Source of the DNA: a virus
Lineage: Duplodnaviria; Caudoviricetes
Virus record (IMG/VR): IMGVR_UViG_3300017754_001608
Location: 1 to 39,723 of that record
Reading direction: 5' to 3' (one strand)
Length of the DNA: 39,723 nucleotides
Numbering within the stretch: the first letter of the stretch is position 1; each line of letters opens with the position of its first letter. The notes beneath the pieces were generated by a model, which was not told where the DNA came from, did no database searches, and worked only from the letters and a program-made list of their open reading frames with translations. The position numbers and the translations under genes were made by a program. Shown here in pieces: positions 23,831-31,658 of this stretch.

Positions 23831-24400
23831 ATGAAAATGAAAACTTTTACACTGCCAGCAAAAATAGTCAAAGCCGCCAACCTGTTTCGCGCTGGCAATG
23901 ATCCACGTTATTACTTAAAAGGCTTTTTGGTTTCTGCAAATGACGTACTGGCTACAGATGGTTGCACATTGATTTGCGCAAAACTCAACGAAGAAATTGA
24001 AAACCATGAGCCGAAAATCATCCGTACCATGGGTCATATACCAGCAAAATCTGACCAAGTTGAATTTTCTGTTTCTGAGTCTGGCGCAGACGGCACAGCG
24101 TTTTGCCGGTGCGCTAATGGCAAAGTTCTCGGAGTTATCTACTTTGAAGTGATTGATGGAAAATTCCCAGAAAGAGCGCGGAATTATTTATCAGGAGAAG
24201 AAAAGCCGGTCAGCAAAATCGGAATTAACTGCAAGTATCTTGACAGGCTTTATGAGGCGTCAAAGTTAATTTGCGTATCTGGCAGATATGGCGAGCCAAA
24301 GTCTGCTGCGACATTTAATGGCGACACTGGCGCTATGCGATTTGATTTAATCGGTATTGAGTACGAAGCTACCGTCATCATTATGCCGATGTCACTATAA
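23831..24400 (+). CDS. DNA polymerase III beta-clamp-like protein (truncated, about two domains)
   Basis: RYYLxG...ATDGxxL, IDGKFP, IGINxxYL, C-terminal IIMPMSL. Confidence 0.75.
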   Translation: MKMKTFTLPAKIVKAANLFRAGNDPRYYLKGFLVSANDVLATDGCTLICAKLNEEIENHEPKIIRTMGHIPAKSDQVEFSVSESGADGTAFCRCANGKVLGVIYFEVIDGKFPERARNYLSGEEKPVSKIGINCKYLDRLYEASKLICVSGRYGEPKSAATFNGDTGAMRFDLIGIEYEATVIIMPMSL

Positions 24401-24441
24401 CAACTAGGCGATTAAGCGGTACGCCTCAAATTGAGGTGCTT

Positions 24442-24672
24442 ATGAACAACTTTATTGACTACCACAAACCAGACACCAAGGCGGGAGAGCTAATGAAAAA
24501 GGACAAGATGTTAATCGACTACGTAAACAACCACAAGCGCTGCGACGATGATTTGAGACTGGCTGAGCGTTTAGCTACTGCGTCGAAGTATATCGGAATT
24601 GGCTTGTTTTGCTTTGTTGCTTGGTTTGTTGTTTTGGATTTAACTTTTAAAGCGTTGGAGGCAATCAAATGA
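24442..24672 (+). CDS. Hypothetical membrane protein
   Basis: C-terminal TM segment; GAGG RBS. Confidence 0.55.
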   Translation: MNNFIDYHKPDTKAGELMKKDKMLIDYVNNHKRCDDDLRLAERLATASKYIGIGLFCFVAWFVVLDLTFKALEAIK

Positions 24673-24881
24673 CGCCACTATCAGAAGCAAAATGCGAGCT
24701 GTCAAACTGCCGCAATCGTGACCAGCTGTTTAACAAGCTCAGCAGTCTTTGCGAGCAGGCTGGTTATCAGTATGACTACAATCGCAGCATGGGAAGTAAT
24801 GCACGATGCGCAGCGGAGTCGCTTCGATATGGTGTGGCTGAGTTGATTAAGATGGCGGAAAGAATTGAAGGCCGGTTATGA
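24669..24881 (+). CDS. Hypothetical protein
   Basis: 70 aa; ATGA coupling. Confidence 0.6.
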   Translation: MTPLSEAKCELSNCRNRDQLFNKLSSLCEQAGYQYDYNRSMGSNARCAAESLRYGVAELIKMAERIEGRL

Positions 24882-25027
24882 CTGACGCCACATTCTGGTC
24901 TGATTTCATCCTGACATTATTTGCTGTAGCTTTATCGGTGCTTTATGCCACGAATTACCCTGGCGAAGCAAAAAAGAAGCCTAGAAAGGCGAAACGTGAT
25001 TTTAAGCGGGAATGGGAGGAGTTATGA
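24878..25027 (+). CDS. 49-aa membrane-anchored basic peptide (not in ORF track)
   Basis: MTDATFWSDFILTLFAVALSVLYATNYPGEAKKKPRKAKRDFKREWEEL; ATGA overlaps at both ends. Confidence 0.55.
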   Translation: MTDATFWSDFILTLFAVALSVLYATNYPGEAKKKPRKAKRDFKREWEEL

Positions 25028-25587
25028 ATAAGCAAGAATTGATTGATGCTGCAATAAAAGAGAACAACGGAAAACTGCCTGAAAAAACTGATGGTGTAGT
25101 ACACGGCGTTTTTGATGATTCAGTTTATGTTGCGTGCGTGCGTTATGGTGATGTTATTTGCAGTGTAAGCGAGTACCAACAACGCGCCCGCGAGCTTGGT
25201 TATGGTGTAGAAGTTGCCGAGCCTGACAGCTGGTATTGTTACGAAACCCAAAAAGCGCTGCGGTTGCCGCCGGTTGGTGCTGAGTGTGAGATGCTTACTT
25301 GCAACAAGTGGGAATTAATAAAGATGATTGGCTTTGATGATGGTTTTGCTGTGGTTAAGTATTTGGATGATAAGTCATATCACAGTCAATCAGGACTTAC
25401 GAAATTCTACCGCCCATTAGACCACGCAACACGAAAAGCTGAAGCAGAGCGCAAGCGCTTTATGAAAGCGGCATGTGATGCGCTGAACACTAAAGAAATA
25501 AACACAGATATCGATGCAAGCTTTACTTTGCGATTGGCAATTGATGCTTTGTATGATGCTGGATTTCGCATGCCGGAGGGGAAATGA
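25024..25587 (+). CDS. Hypothetical phage protein (LPPVGxxCE family)
   Basis: LPPVGAECE and LYDAGFR motifs common in gammaproteobacterial phages; GGAGG RBS. Confidence 0.7.
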   Translation: MNKQELIDAAIKENNGKLPEKTDGVVHGVFDDSVYVACVRYGDVICSVSEYQQRARELGYGVEVAEPDSWYCYETQKALRLPPVGAECEMLTCNKWELIKMIGFDDGFAVVKYLDDKSYHSQSGLTKFYRPLDHATRKAEAERKRFMKAACDALNTKEINTDIDASFTLRLAIDALYDAGFRMPEGK

Positions 25588-25994
25588 CAATCAGCCCACT
25601 TGACCAGCTATATCTCGAAACAACAAGCAAGGAAGACTTGCTGACTGAGATAAACGATCAGCGGCGTCAGGTTGTTGAGGCGCGCGGATTAGCGGCAGAG
25701 ATTGAGCGGCAACTGCGGACTGTACAAAAGGAGCGTGATGGGCTGCTACCATTAGTAAGTAAGTGCGAAAAGCTAGACAAAAGCTTACGCTCATGCCGAG
25801 CCAGCTTGTCATTTATGAAAAAGAAAACTGCAAAGGCAAGAGGTAAAACAATAAAATCTAAGGTTATAGAGCTTATTGAACAAGGCTTAAAGCCGGCTGA
25901 AATGAGAGACTTGCACGGCATTGCATACAGGACGGCGTATGCAACATGGCGAGAATACCATAAAGCAGCCTCACCAAATAACAAAGCCGGCTAA
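25584..25994 (+). CDS. Coiled-coil protein with C-terminal HTH
   Basis: LIEQGLKPAEMRDLHGIAYRTAY HTH-like segment; last gene of the early operon. Confidence 0.6.
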   Translation: MTISPLDQLYLETTSKEDLLTEINDQRRQVVEARGLAAEIERQLRTVQKERDGLLPLVSKCEKLDKSLRSCRASLSFMKKKTAKARGKTIKSKVIELIEQGLKPAEMRDLHGIAYRTAYATWREYHKAASPNNKAG

Positions 25995-26008
25995 CCACCG
26001 GCTTTTCT
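25983..26008. terminator. Probable bidirectional terminator at the operon convergence
   Basis: AAAGCCGG-CTAACCA-CCGGCTTTT between convergent operons. Confidence 0.7.
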
Positions 26009-26470
26009 GACTGCGTTGTATTCTGCGTTGCAGTTAATCAGGGCTTTTCTGTTGGCGTCAGCATAATCAGCCAAGACTCCCGCTCTTTCGTCAAGCCTTG
26101 TAAGCACGTTGGCAAGCAAGAGCCTATCGGTTGCAGCGTTTGCGCTGACGCTGATAGCGGTGGAATTATCATTGCCGGCAGCGGTTCGATACTTTTCGAT
26201 TTGGTCGCGCAACCGCTCAGCAGAGTCAGCAGCAGCAATGCGATCGGATTCGTATTTATCCTGTAAATCTTTTGCAGTCTTGTAAGCATGCTCAAGCTCC
26301 ACGGTTAGTCGTTTCTGTTTAGTCTGTACTTCTTCAAGCGCTTTCTGATTAGCTTCAGCATCTGCCGTCATGTGCGCAGACCACTTGTACTGCCATTGCC
26401 AATCAGCGACTTTGTAGCCGCCGAGTGAAGCGACAATCAAAGCGCCTGCCATTAGGTAGTATTTAATCAT
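25991..26470 (-). CDS. rz: Inner-membrane spanin (Rz-like, DUF2514-type)
   Basis: N-terminal TM, coiled coil, DERAGxLAxYAD...CxxxY. Confidence 0.85.
   Translation of the reverse strand: MIKYYLMAGALIVASLGGYKVADWQWQYKWSAHMTADAEANQKALEEVQTKQKRLTVELEHAYKTAKDLQDKYESDRIAAADSAERLRDQIEKYRTAAGNDNSTAISVSANAATDRLLLANVLTRLDERAGVLADYADANRKALINCNAEYNAVRKAGG
26038..26295 (-). CDS. rz1: Outer-membrane lipoprotein spanin (Rz1-like), embedded in Rz
   Basis: Lipobox LLSGC, Pro-rich body, fully nested in another frame of Rz. Confidence 0.8.
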   Translation of the reverse strand: MSMLTRLQKIYRINTNPIALLLLTLLSGCATKSKSIEPLPAMIIPPLSASAQTLQPIGSCLPTCLQGLTKERESWLIMLTPTEKP

Positions 26471-26724
26471 GCGTCGTCGTCCTTAAGGTTGGCTTTGTGC
26501 ATGCCGTTGATGGATTGCCATATCTGCACAATTAAAGCTGCCGCAATCGCACCATAGGCCATCGCAGCCTGAGTTGCATCTAAGCCCTTCAGGTTATCGA
26601 CTATGCGCCACAATAGCGCCTGAGAACTTACAACAAGGCATATTTGGACAATCCGCATCTGCCTCAGTGTTACATGCAAAGGTTGCGACCACATGAAGCC
26701 AAAGATGGCTTTAAATGCGCCCAT
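26467..26724 (-). CDS. Putative holin
   Basis: 85 aa with 2 hydrophobic segments, between endolysin and Rz. Confidence 0.5.
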   Translation of the reverse strand: MGAFKAIFGFMWSQPLHVTLRQMRIVQICLVVSSQALLWRIVDNLKGLDATQAAMAYGAIAAALIVQIWQSINGMHKANLKDDDA

Positions 26725-27151
26725 CTCGCCACGCCTGCCAATCGTTCAGATATTTCTCCGGAGTTGCTTTGCCGGTACGATTCCAATAACTTCTGCAGTA
26801 CGCCGCCATTGCTTCAGGAGTTTTTGGCAGTGGATTCTGGTCTTGCGCTAGATAATGCCGAGCAACCCAAATGCTGTACCGGTCATCTGATTCGAGCTTA
26901 CTGACATCTTCTTCAATGCCGTATCGCTTAGCTCTTGCGCGAATACTATCGGAATTATCCCATACAGAATTGTGTGTAACCGGCTCGATTTGAAACAGGC
27001 CAAGAGCAGGCCCGCCGATTTGCTTGCGATACTTGCCACCAAGACTTTCGTGAGCCGCGATCATCGCCAACAGCTCAACACAATGGTCGGAGTGCAAGCC
27101 CCAATCCAGCAAGGCTTCTGTGCATAGATGCTTGAATTCTGTATATTTCAT
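26711..27151 (-). CDS. Endolysin (lysozyme/lytic-transglycosylase-like fold)
   Basis: AAHESxGG...GPALGLFQIEP...YWNxxGKA; adjacent to the spanins; start MKYTEF at 27151. Confidence 0.8.
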   Translation of the reverse strand: MKYTEFKHLCTEALLDWGLHSDHCVELLAMIAAHESLGGKYRKQIGGPALGLFQIEPVTHNSVWDNSDSIRARAKRYGIEEDVSKLESDDRYSIWVARHYLAQDQNPLPKTPEAMAAYCRSYWNRTGKATPEKYLNDWQAWRDGRI

Positions 27152-27618
27152 TTTGATAGCCTGTGCCAATCGCTAACAGTAGGACTGTAGCCGCTTATAA
27201 ATCGCCTGGTGATCTCGTTAACGAACTCGCTGCAGTTAAAAGCATGCTTGCTGCCAAGCTCAATGCGCAACAGGCGAAATATCCACAACGCGCCAATCGT
27301 TGCTTGGAAGTCGTATTGAGCCTTACCACTAACCATTCTTTCGCAGTCATCACGCCATAACTCGTTATCTGTCCAAACCTCTTTTACTCGCCAAGCTGAG
27401 TAACGCTTTTTAAAGTCGTTGATGTCGGTCTTGATGACACCCTTGCGCCGACCTAGCCTGCCCTTGTAACGCATTCCGACTGACTCGTACACCACTCCGT
27501 TTTCTTCGTCATAAATCGCCACATGGGAGTACGGGCTAATATCGAAGAATCGGATAAGCAGCCCAACAAATTTCGAGCTGCGCCCAAAAATCAGAGTGAC
27601 CTTATGCACGGTCAACAT
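27148..27618 (-). CDS. Permuted papain-like NlpC/P60 (YiiX/YebB-like) amidase/peptidase
   Basis: His-before-Cys order: YSHVAI...YDF...FNCSEFV. Confidence 0.8.
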   Translation of the reverse strand: MLTVHKVTLIFGRSSKFVGLLIRFFDISPYSHVAIYDEENGVVYESVGMRYKGRLGRRKGVIKTDINDFKKRYSAWRVKEVWTDNELWRDDCERMVSGKAQYDFQATIGALWIFRLLRIELGSKHAFNCSEFVNEITRRFISGYSPTVSDWHRLSK

Positions 27619-28051
27619 ACCAAAGATTTAAAACCGCAGCGGTAGAGCTTGGTTTTTTGGCTCTGATTTTAAGATTTCGGTTTATCTGTAAAGCATTAAC
27701 TGCGGTAATCGGCATGCCGCCAGAGTTGATGTTGTGCCCGCATAGGTAAGCGCTTGTGTCTGTGTAGGTAGCGGCAGAGCCGGTCAGAACCACAACGCCA
27801 TCAACCTCAATCTCTGCCTCAAGCAAGTTTGATGTTGAGTTTAAACCCGTCAGCGTTGCTGCAATCAGGATGCGCGTCTTACCGGCAGGCACATCCAGAT
27901 TACACATCTGCGTCAGTGCTGCGCTAATGCTTGTGGCTGAAGATGTAAATGCTTGCACATAAGTCGCGTTGTTTACGCTAATAGTGAAACCGGATTGCAA
28001 GCTGTTAAAGTAGTTGGCGCCTAAGCCATTAATATCGAATGGACCAGCCAT
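27602..28051 (-). CDS. Putative virion/tail-tip protein
   Basis: 149 aa, beta-rich, downstream of the tail fibre. Confidence 0.55.
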   Translation of the reverse strand: MAGPFDINGLGANYFNSLQSGFTISVNNATYVQAFTSSATSISAALTQMCNLDVPAGKTRILIAATLTGLNSTSNLLEAEIEVDGVVVLTGSAATYTDTSAYLCGHNINSGGMPITAVNALQINRNLKIRAKKPSSTAAVLNLWYVDRA

Positions 28052-28275
28052 TATTCTTCCTCCGGCATGAATGAGTTAAAATGCGCTTTGTCGTTGAACT
28101 TGTAGCAAGTCATCGGCGGATTACCGGCAAACACCCTAGAGGGCGTTGCAGGCGTTACGATAAAATCATCAGCTCCCTCAATAGTACCAATGACGTTAAC
28201 GTGCCAGCCATCAACAGCCACTGGATTTTCTGGATCTGTTTTATCGTACACCAGACCGATTTCATCAATAACCAT
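28051..28275 (-). CDS. Small tail-fibre-associated protein
   Basis: IDxIG...GWHVN...VTPATPSRVFA motif typical of genes following this fibre type. Confidence 0.55.
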   Translation of the reverse strand: MVIDEIGLVYDKTDPENPVAVDGWHVNVIGTIEGADDFIVTPATPSRVFAGNPPMTCYKFNDKAHFNSFMPEEE

Positions 28276-29089
28276 TTGCTTTCCTCCGCATATTTTCCAT
28301 CACCTCATCGATTGTACCGACAAACACATATACTCTAAAGTGATATGTGCCGTATGGATTTGCAAATCTGTATACAGTGTTCCACTTAACAACCTGCTCA
28401 GGAGTAAACCGCCAGCGACCATAACCGGCGCTTGGCCAAAGCGCCTGCGGAAGCTCAGGCGACCAAGCACCCATTGCATGCTGACCGTCAGGCGTTGAAA
28501 GTATAACAGGCAGTGACTGCTCACCAGGGCCATCAGATAGCAGCCCAAGCGAATTAGTCACTGGATTATAAGTCCAGAACGCCGAAAAACTTGGAGGCAT
28601 GTAGCCGGTGAGCGCTTCAAAAGTAGCGCTTGTGTGCGCCTCGCCAGATGGAATGTTGAACTGAACAGAATACTCAATAACGTTGTCTGGCATCACATAA
28701 ACGCGCTTGTTTAGTGTGTGCTGACTGATGAACTGCCAGCCAACCGGACGCCAAAACGCCATTTGCGTATAGGTGGCGAGCGTGCTGCTGGTCTGCCATG
28801 AAGAAATCAAGCGGCTGGTAGAGCCTGACGGGTTTAAGCCGTCCTGCTCTGAGCCTGCCTCGGTAGGGTTAAAAGCCTCACCTAACCCATCAAAGCTAGA
28901 CGCAGACTGCATCTGCCGTCCGTGGTCGTAGTCGTCAATATACTCAACGCCTCGCAGCTTAACGCTGCACACTGCGCCAGCATCGTGAGTGCATGTTTTG
29001 ACAGTTAACTGACCATTGCTGATAGTCATTGCAGACTGTGGCGCTGCTGCCACAAAAAAAGGTATGAGTAACGCAATTAATTTAATCAT
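28265..29089 (-). CDS. Secreted beta-rich protein (signal peptide), possible moron
   Basis: MIKLIALLIPFFVAAA signal; DHGRQMQS...NPTEAGS; aromatic-rich beta-sandwich composition. Confidence 0.7.
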   Translation of the reverse strand: MIKLIALLIPFFVAAAPQSAMTISNGQLTVKTCTHDAGAVCSVKLRGVEYIDDYDHGRQMQSASSFDGLGEAFNPTEAGSEQDGLNPSGSTSRLISSWQTSSTLATYTQMAFWRPVGWQFISQHTLNKRVYVMPDNVIEYSVQFNIPSGEAHTSATFEALTGYMPPSFSAFWTYNPVTNSLGLLSDGPGEQSLPVILSTPDGQHAMGAWSPELPQALWPSAGYGRWRFTPEQVVKWNTVYRFANPYGTYHFRVYVFVGTIDEVMENMRRKANGY

Positions 29090-30735
29090 GCTGTGATGGC
29101 CTGCAATTCCGCCTCTGTCAGCGCGTGAGGAATGAACACAATCCTCTCAACAAAGCCGTTTAATGCTTCAGCGCCTGAGAATGGAGAGCCGCCAGAGCCG
29201 ATGCCGAGCTTAGTCATTCCTGTTGGCACGTTACCGCTTGAGTCATTGAGTACAATTCTGCCATCTTCAGCGCCTAGGAATTTATTTGCCGTCCAGCTTA
29301 TTGCGAATCTGTTTTTCTTACCAGATGCTTTTGCTGTAGAGAAAGCCTGAGCCACTACAGAGCCAGACGATACAACCACAAAGCCGGAGCCAAGCGTAGA
29401 TTCATTTCTTCGCACAATAACCTGATTCGATGATGTGCCATCTGACAGAATAAATGCCGACCTATTAATGCCAGATGTCGGCGCCTGACCGCTTGCAATG
29501 CAAACAATAGTACCCTCGGTCATTGCGGGGGTTGTTGCCGTGCATTGATCTCCAAGCCGAGTAACCTGCGCTGCCGTAGTTGGTATATAGCTAGTCGCGG
29601 ACGCGCCAACCTCTAGCTGTGGCGTTTCGTGGATGACTGTGCCGGTTGCGTTGCCAGAGCAGCCTAAACCTACATACATCGTGTATGTGCCGCCTGCTAC
29701 CGTGGTGAAGGTAATGGAGTAGGTGCTCGCAGAGGTTACGGCGGAGCCAGCAAGCGTTAGCGTGCCGGTTGGAGTGTCTGATGTTATCACACGCAGCACA
29801 ACGTCGTTTGCCGAGGTGCCTTGCGAAAAATAGCAGCTAAAAGTATACGTTGTTGAAGCAGCTAGAGTTACCACCTGACTGATAATTTCTCGCTGCGATG
29901 CTCCTGTCGCCGCTAAAGTTATGGCGCCAGCAAACCTAGAGCTTGCCGCCGTAGTTGTAACGCCGGTATCTTGCGTTGCGGTCCAGCCAGTTGGCGGAGT
30001 CTCTCCGCTTGCCGCTGTGTACTGGGAGTGCAGCAGCAGATTTGTTCTAGCCTCTTCAACCAGCAGACCAAGCGAATCACCAGTTGCTGCATCATAGCTA
30101 ATTCTTGGCGTGTTAATTGGAATGGTTGACAAGCCGGTAGGAGATTGATATGTGGCCGTGCTGTTTCTGCCAGTCACAACCGCTGATTGAAGCTGCTTAG
30201 GCTCTAACCCGTATAACTCATAAACCTTGTGATTGTTTCTTGCAAAGTTTAGGTCCAGTGTCGCTCTAGCGAAAAGACCATCAACAAGCCGAGAAAATGA
30301 TTCTCCGCTTGCAACAACCCACGACGCGCTAACTCCTGGCTCTGCCGTTGTGACGTTTGCAAGGCTTGACAACAAAACCCACGTTAAGCCGTTATGATAA
30401 ACAGAGGCAGGCACAGCAAGCGAGCCAGTCAGTGCAGACCATAAGCCTTTGAAGTTTGCAGTGCCAGCAGCCAAATCTTTATAAGATAAGGCAAGCACAG
30501 CGGAAGCCTGTGAGTCAGCTGCATAGTCAGCGGATTGTAGTGCAGAGCTGGCAGCAGCAGCAGCGTCTACATCAACCTCCGCGCCCTTAGTGTCAACATA
30601 AGCGCCAAACGTGTTCAGCTCAGTGCGAAAGTTAGGTAGTGCGCCAAGGAATGAATCCGCATTCGTTGCGAATTCTGCTGGCGTCTGCGTGCGCTGCGGC
30701 ACCGTGCCAAGGCTTGTGATTGGTGGGTATGCCAT
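29086..30735 (-). CDS. Tail fibre/receptor-binding protein
   Basis: N-terminal anchor (PxRT...FATNADxF), Ala-rich coil, GLLVEEARTNLL...QLEVGxxATSYIPT module, LamG-like C-terminus. Confidence 0.85.
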   Translation of the reverse strand: MAYPPITSLGTVPQRTQTPAEFATNADSFLGALPNFRTELNTFGAYVDTKGAEVDVDAAAAASSALQSADYAADSQASAVLALSYKDLAAGTANFKGLWSALTGSLAVPASVYHNGLTWVLLSSLANVTTAEPGVSASWVVASGESFSRLVDGLFARATLDLNFARNNHKVYELYGLEPKQLQSAVVTGRNSTATYQSPTGLSTIPINTPRISYDAATGDSLGLLVEEARTNLLLHSQYTAASGETPPTGWTATQDTGVTTTAASSRFAGAITLAATGASQREIISQVVTLAASTTYTFSCYFSQGTSANDVVLRVITSDTPTGTLTLAGSAVTSASTYSITFTTVAGGTYTMYVGLGCSGNATGTVIHETPQLEVGASATSYIPTTAAQVTRLGDQCTATTPAMTEGTIVCIASGQAPTSGINRSAFILSDGTSSNQVIVRRNESTLGSGFVVVSSGSVVAQAFSTAKASGKKNRFAISWTANKFLGAEDGRIVLNDSSGNVPTGMTKLGIGSGGSPFSGAEALNGFVERIVFIPHALTEAELQAITA

Positions 30736-31658
30736 TAGATTAAACCCTCAATTTGTAATGTTGCTGAGCATTTTACTGGGCCATCAATTGTGTTGATGTA
30801 GTTTTTATAATACCCGTAGACGATTGTATCATCATCAGACTCATCTGTGCCAACCCATACACATGGAATGGTCGTTAGTGCTGACAAGTTTCGCATGACG
30901 TAACCGATGCGCCCCTTGTCTATCCTGATGTCGAAGTCAACCAGCTTCGCAGTGCGCCTTGGCACAATGATGAAGTTTCCGAAGTCATCGCGCTCTTTGC
31001 GGCTAAAGTCTAGCAGCTGAATTGATGTGCCATAACATGCCACGCCTAAAGTTAATTGCTGTCCCATTACCATCGTGCCGACTGATACCGATGTTCCGCC
31101 GTCAAACGATACTGAAATAGTTGCTTGGCTGTACGATGGCATATCCATTACAACGAATTCTGATCGCGTGACGATTGGCGCAAAAAAGTATTGATACCAG
31201 TCTACAACTGATGAGTTGTCTTGCAGGTTAACCGTCTCGCTGTAAACAAGACCTTCTGTCGGGTCATCCATCTCAATAGTAACTTCAGACACGCCTGTCA
31301 TATTGAAGGCTGCTACCGCTGTTGCAATTCTTCCAGGCGTCACAGCAACCGTTAGTGGTGCGGATGTTTCGTTAGAAGCTGAACCAACAACGCCATCAAA
31401 CATCCGGTAGCGGTTTGTATAGCCAACAATAATCCAAGTCGGCACATCTTTAGCTGCGCCAACATCAGGCGCGTCAGTGGTGCTGGGACTGGCTACAACC
31501 TCATAAATCAGGTGAGTTGTTGTCAGTATTCGCTGCGTTCCTGTGTTGTATGTTCCGGCAGTCCAAGTTACCTCGCCCGCTGCCGCATCTGGCTCAGGTA
31601 TCGTACTACTTGTTAGTGCAGAGCCTGAGATTAGGTCAACCGGCTGTATTACTCTCAT
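30735..31658 (-). CDS. Tail-tip/distal tail protein
   Basis: Only gene between TMP and fibre; TNRYxMFD, DFSRKERDDFGN and C-terminal LxIEGL. Confidence 0.7.
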   Translation of the reverse strand: MRVIQPVDLISGSALTSSTIPEPDAAAGEVTWTAGTYNTGTQRILTTTHLIYEVVASPSTTDAPDVGAAKDVPTWIIVGYTNRYRMFDGVVGSASNETSAPLTVAVTPGRIATAVAAFNMTGVSEVTIEMDDPTEGLVYSETVNLQDNSSVVDWYQYFFAPIVTRSEFVVMDMPSYSQATISVSFDGGTSVSVGTMVMGQQLTLGVACYGTSIQLLDFSRKERDDFGNFIIVPRRTAKLVDFDIRIDKGRIGYVMRNLSALTTIPCVWVGTDESDDDTIVYGYYKNYINTIDGPVKCSATLQIEGLI

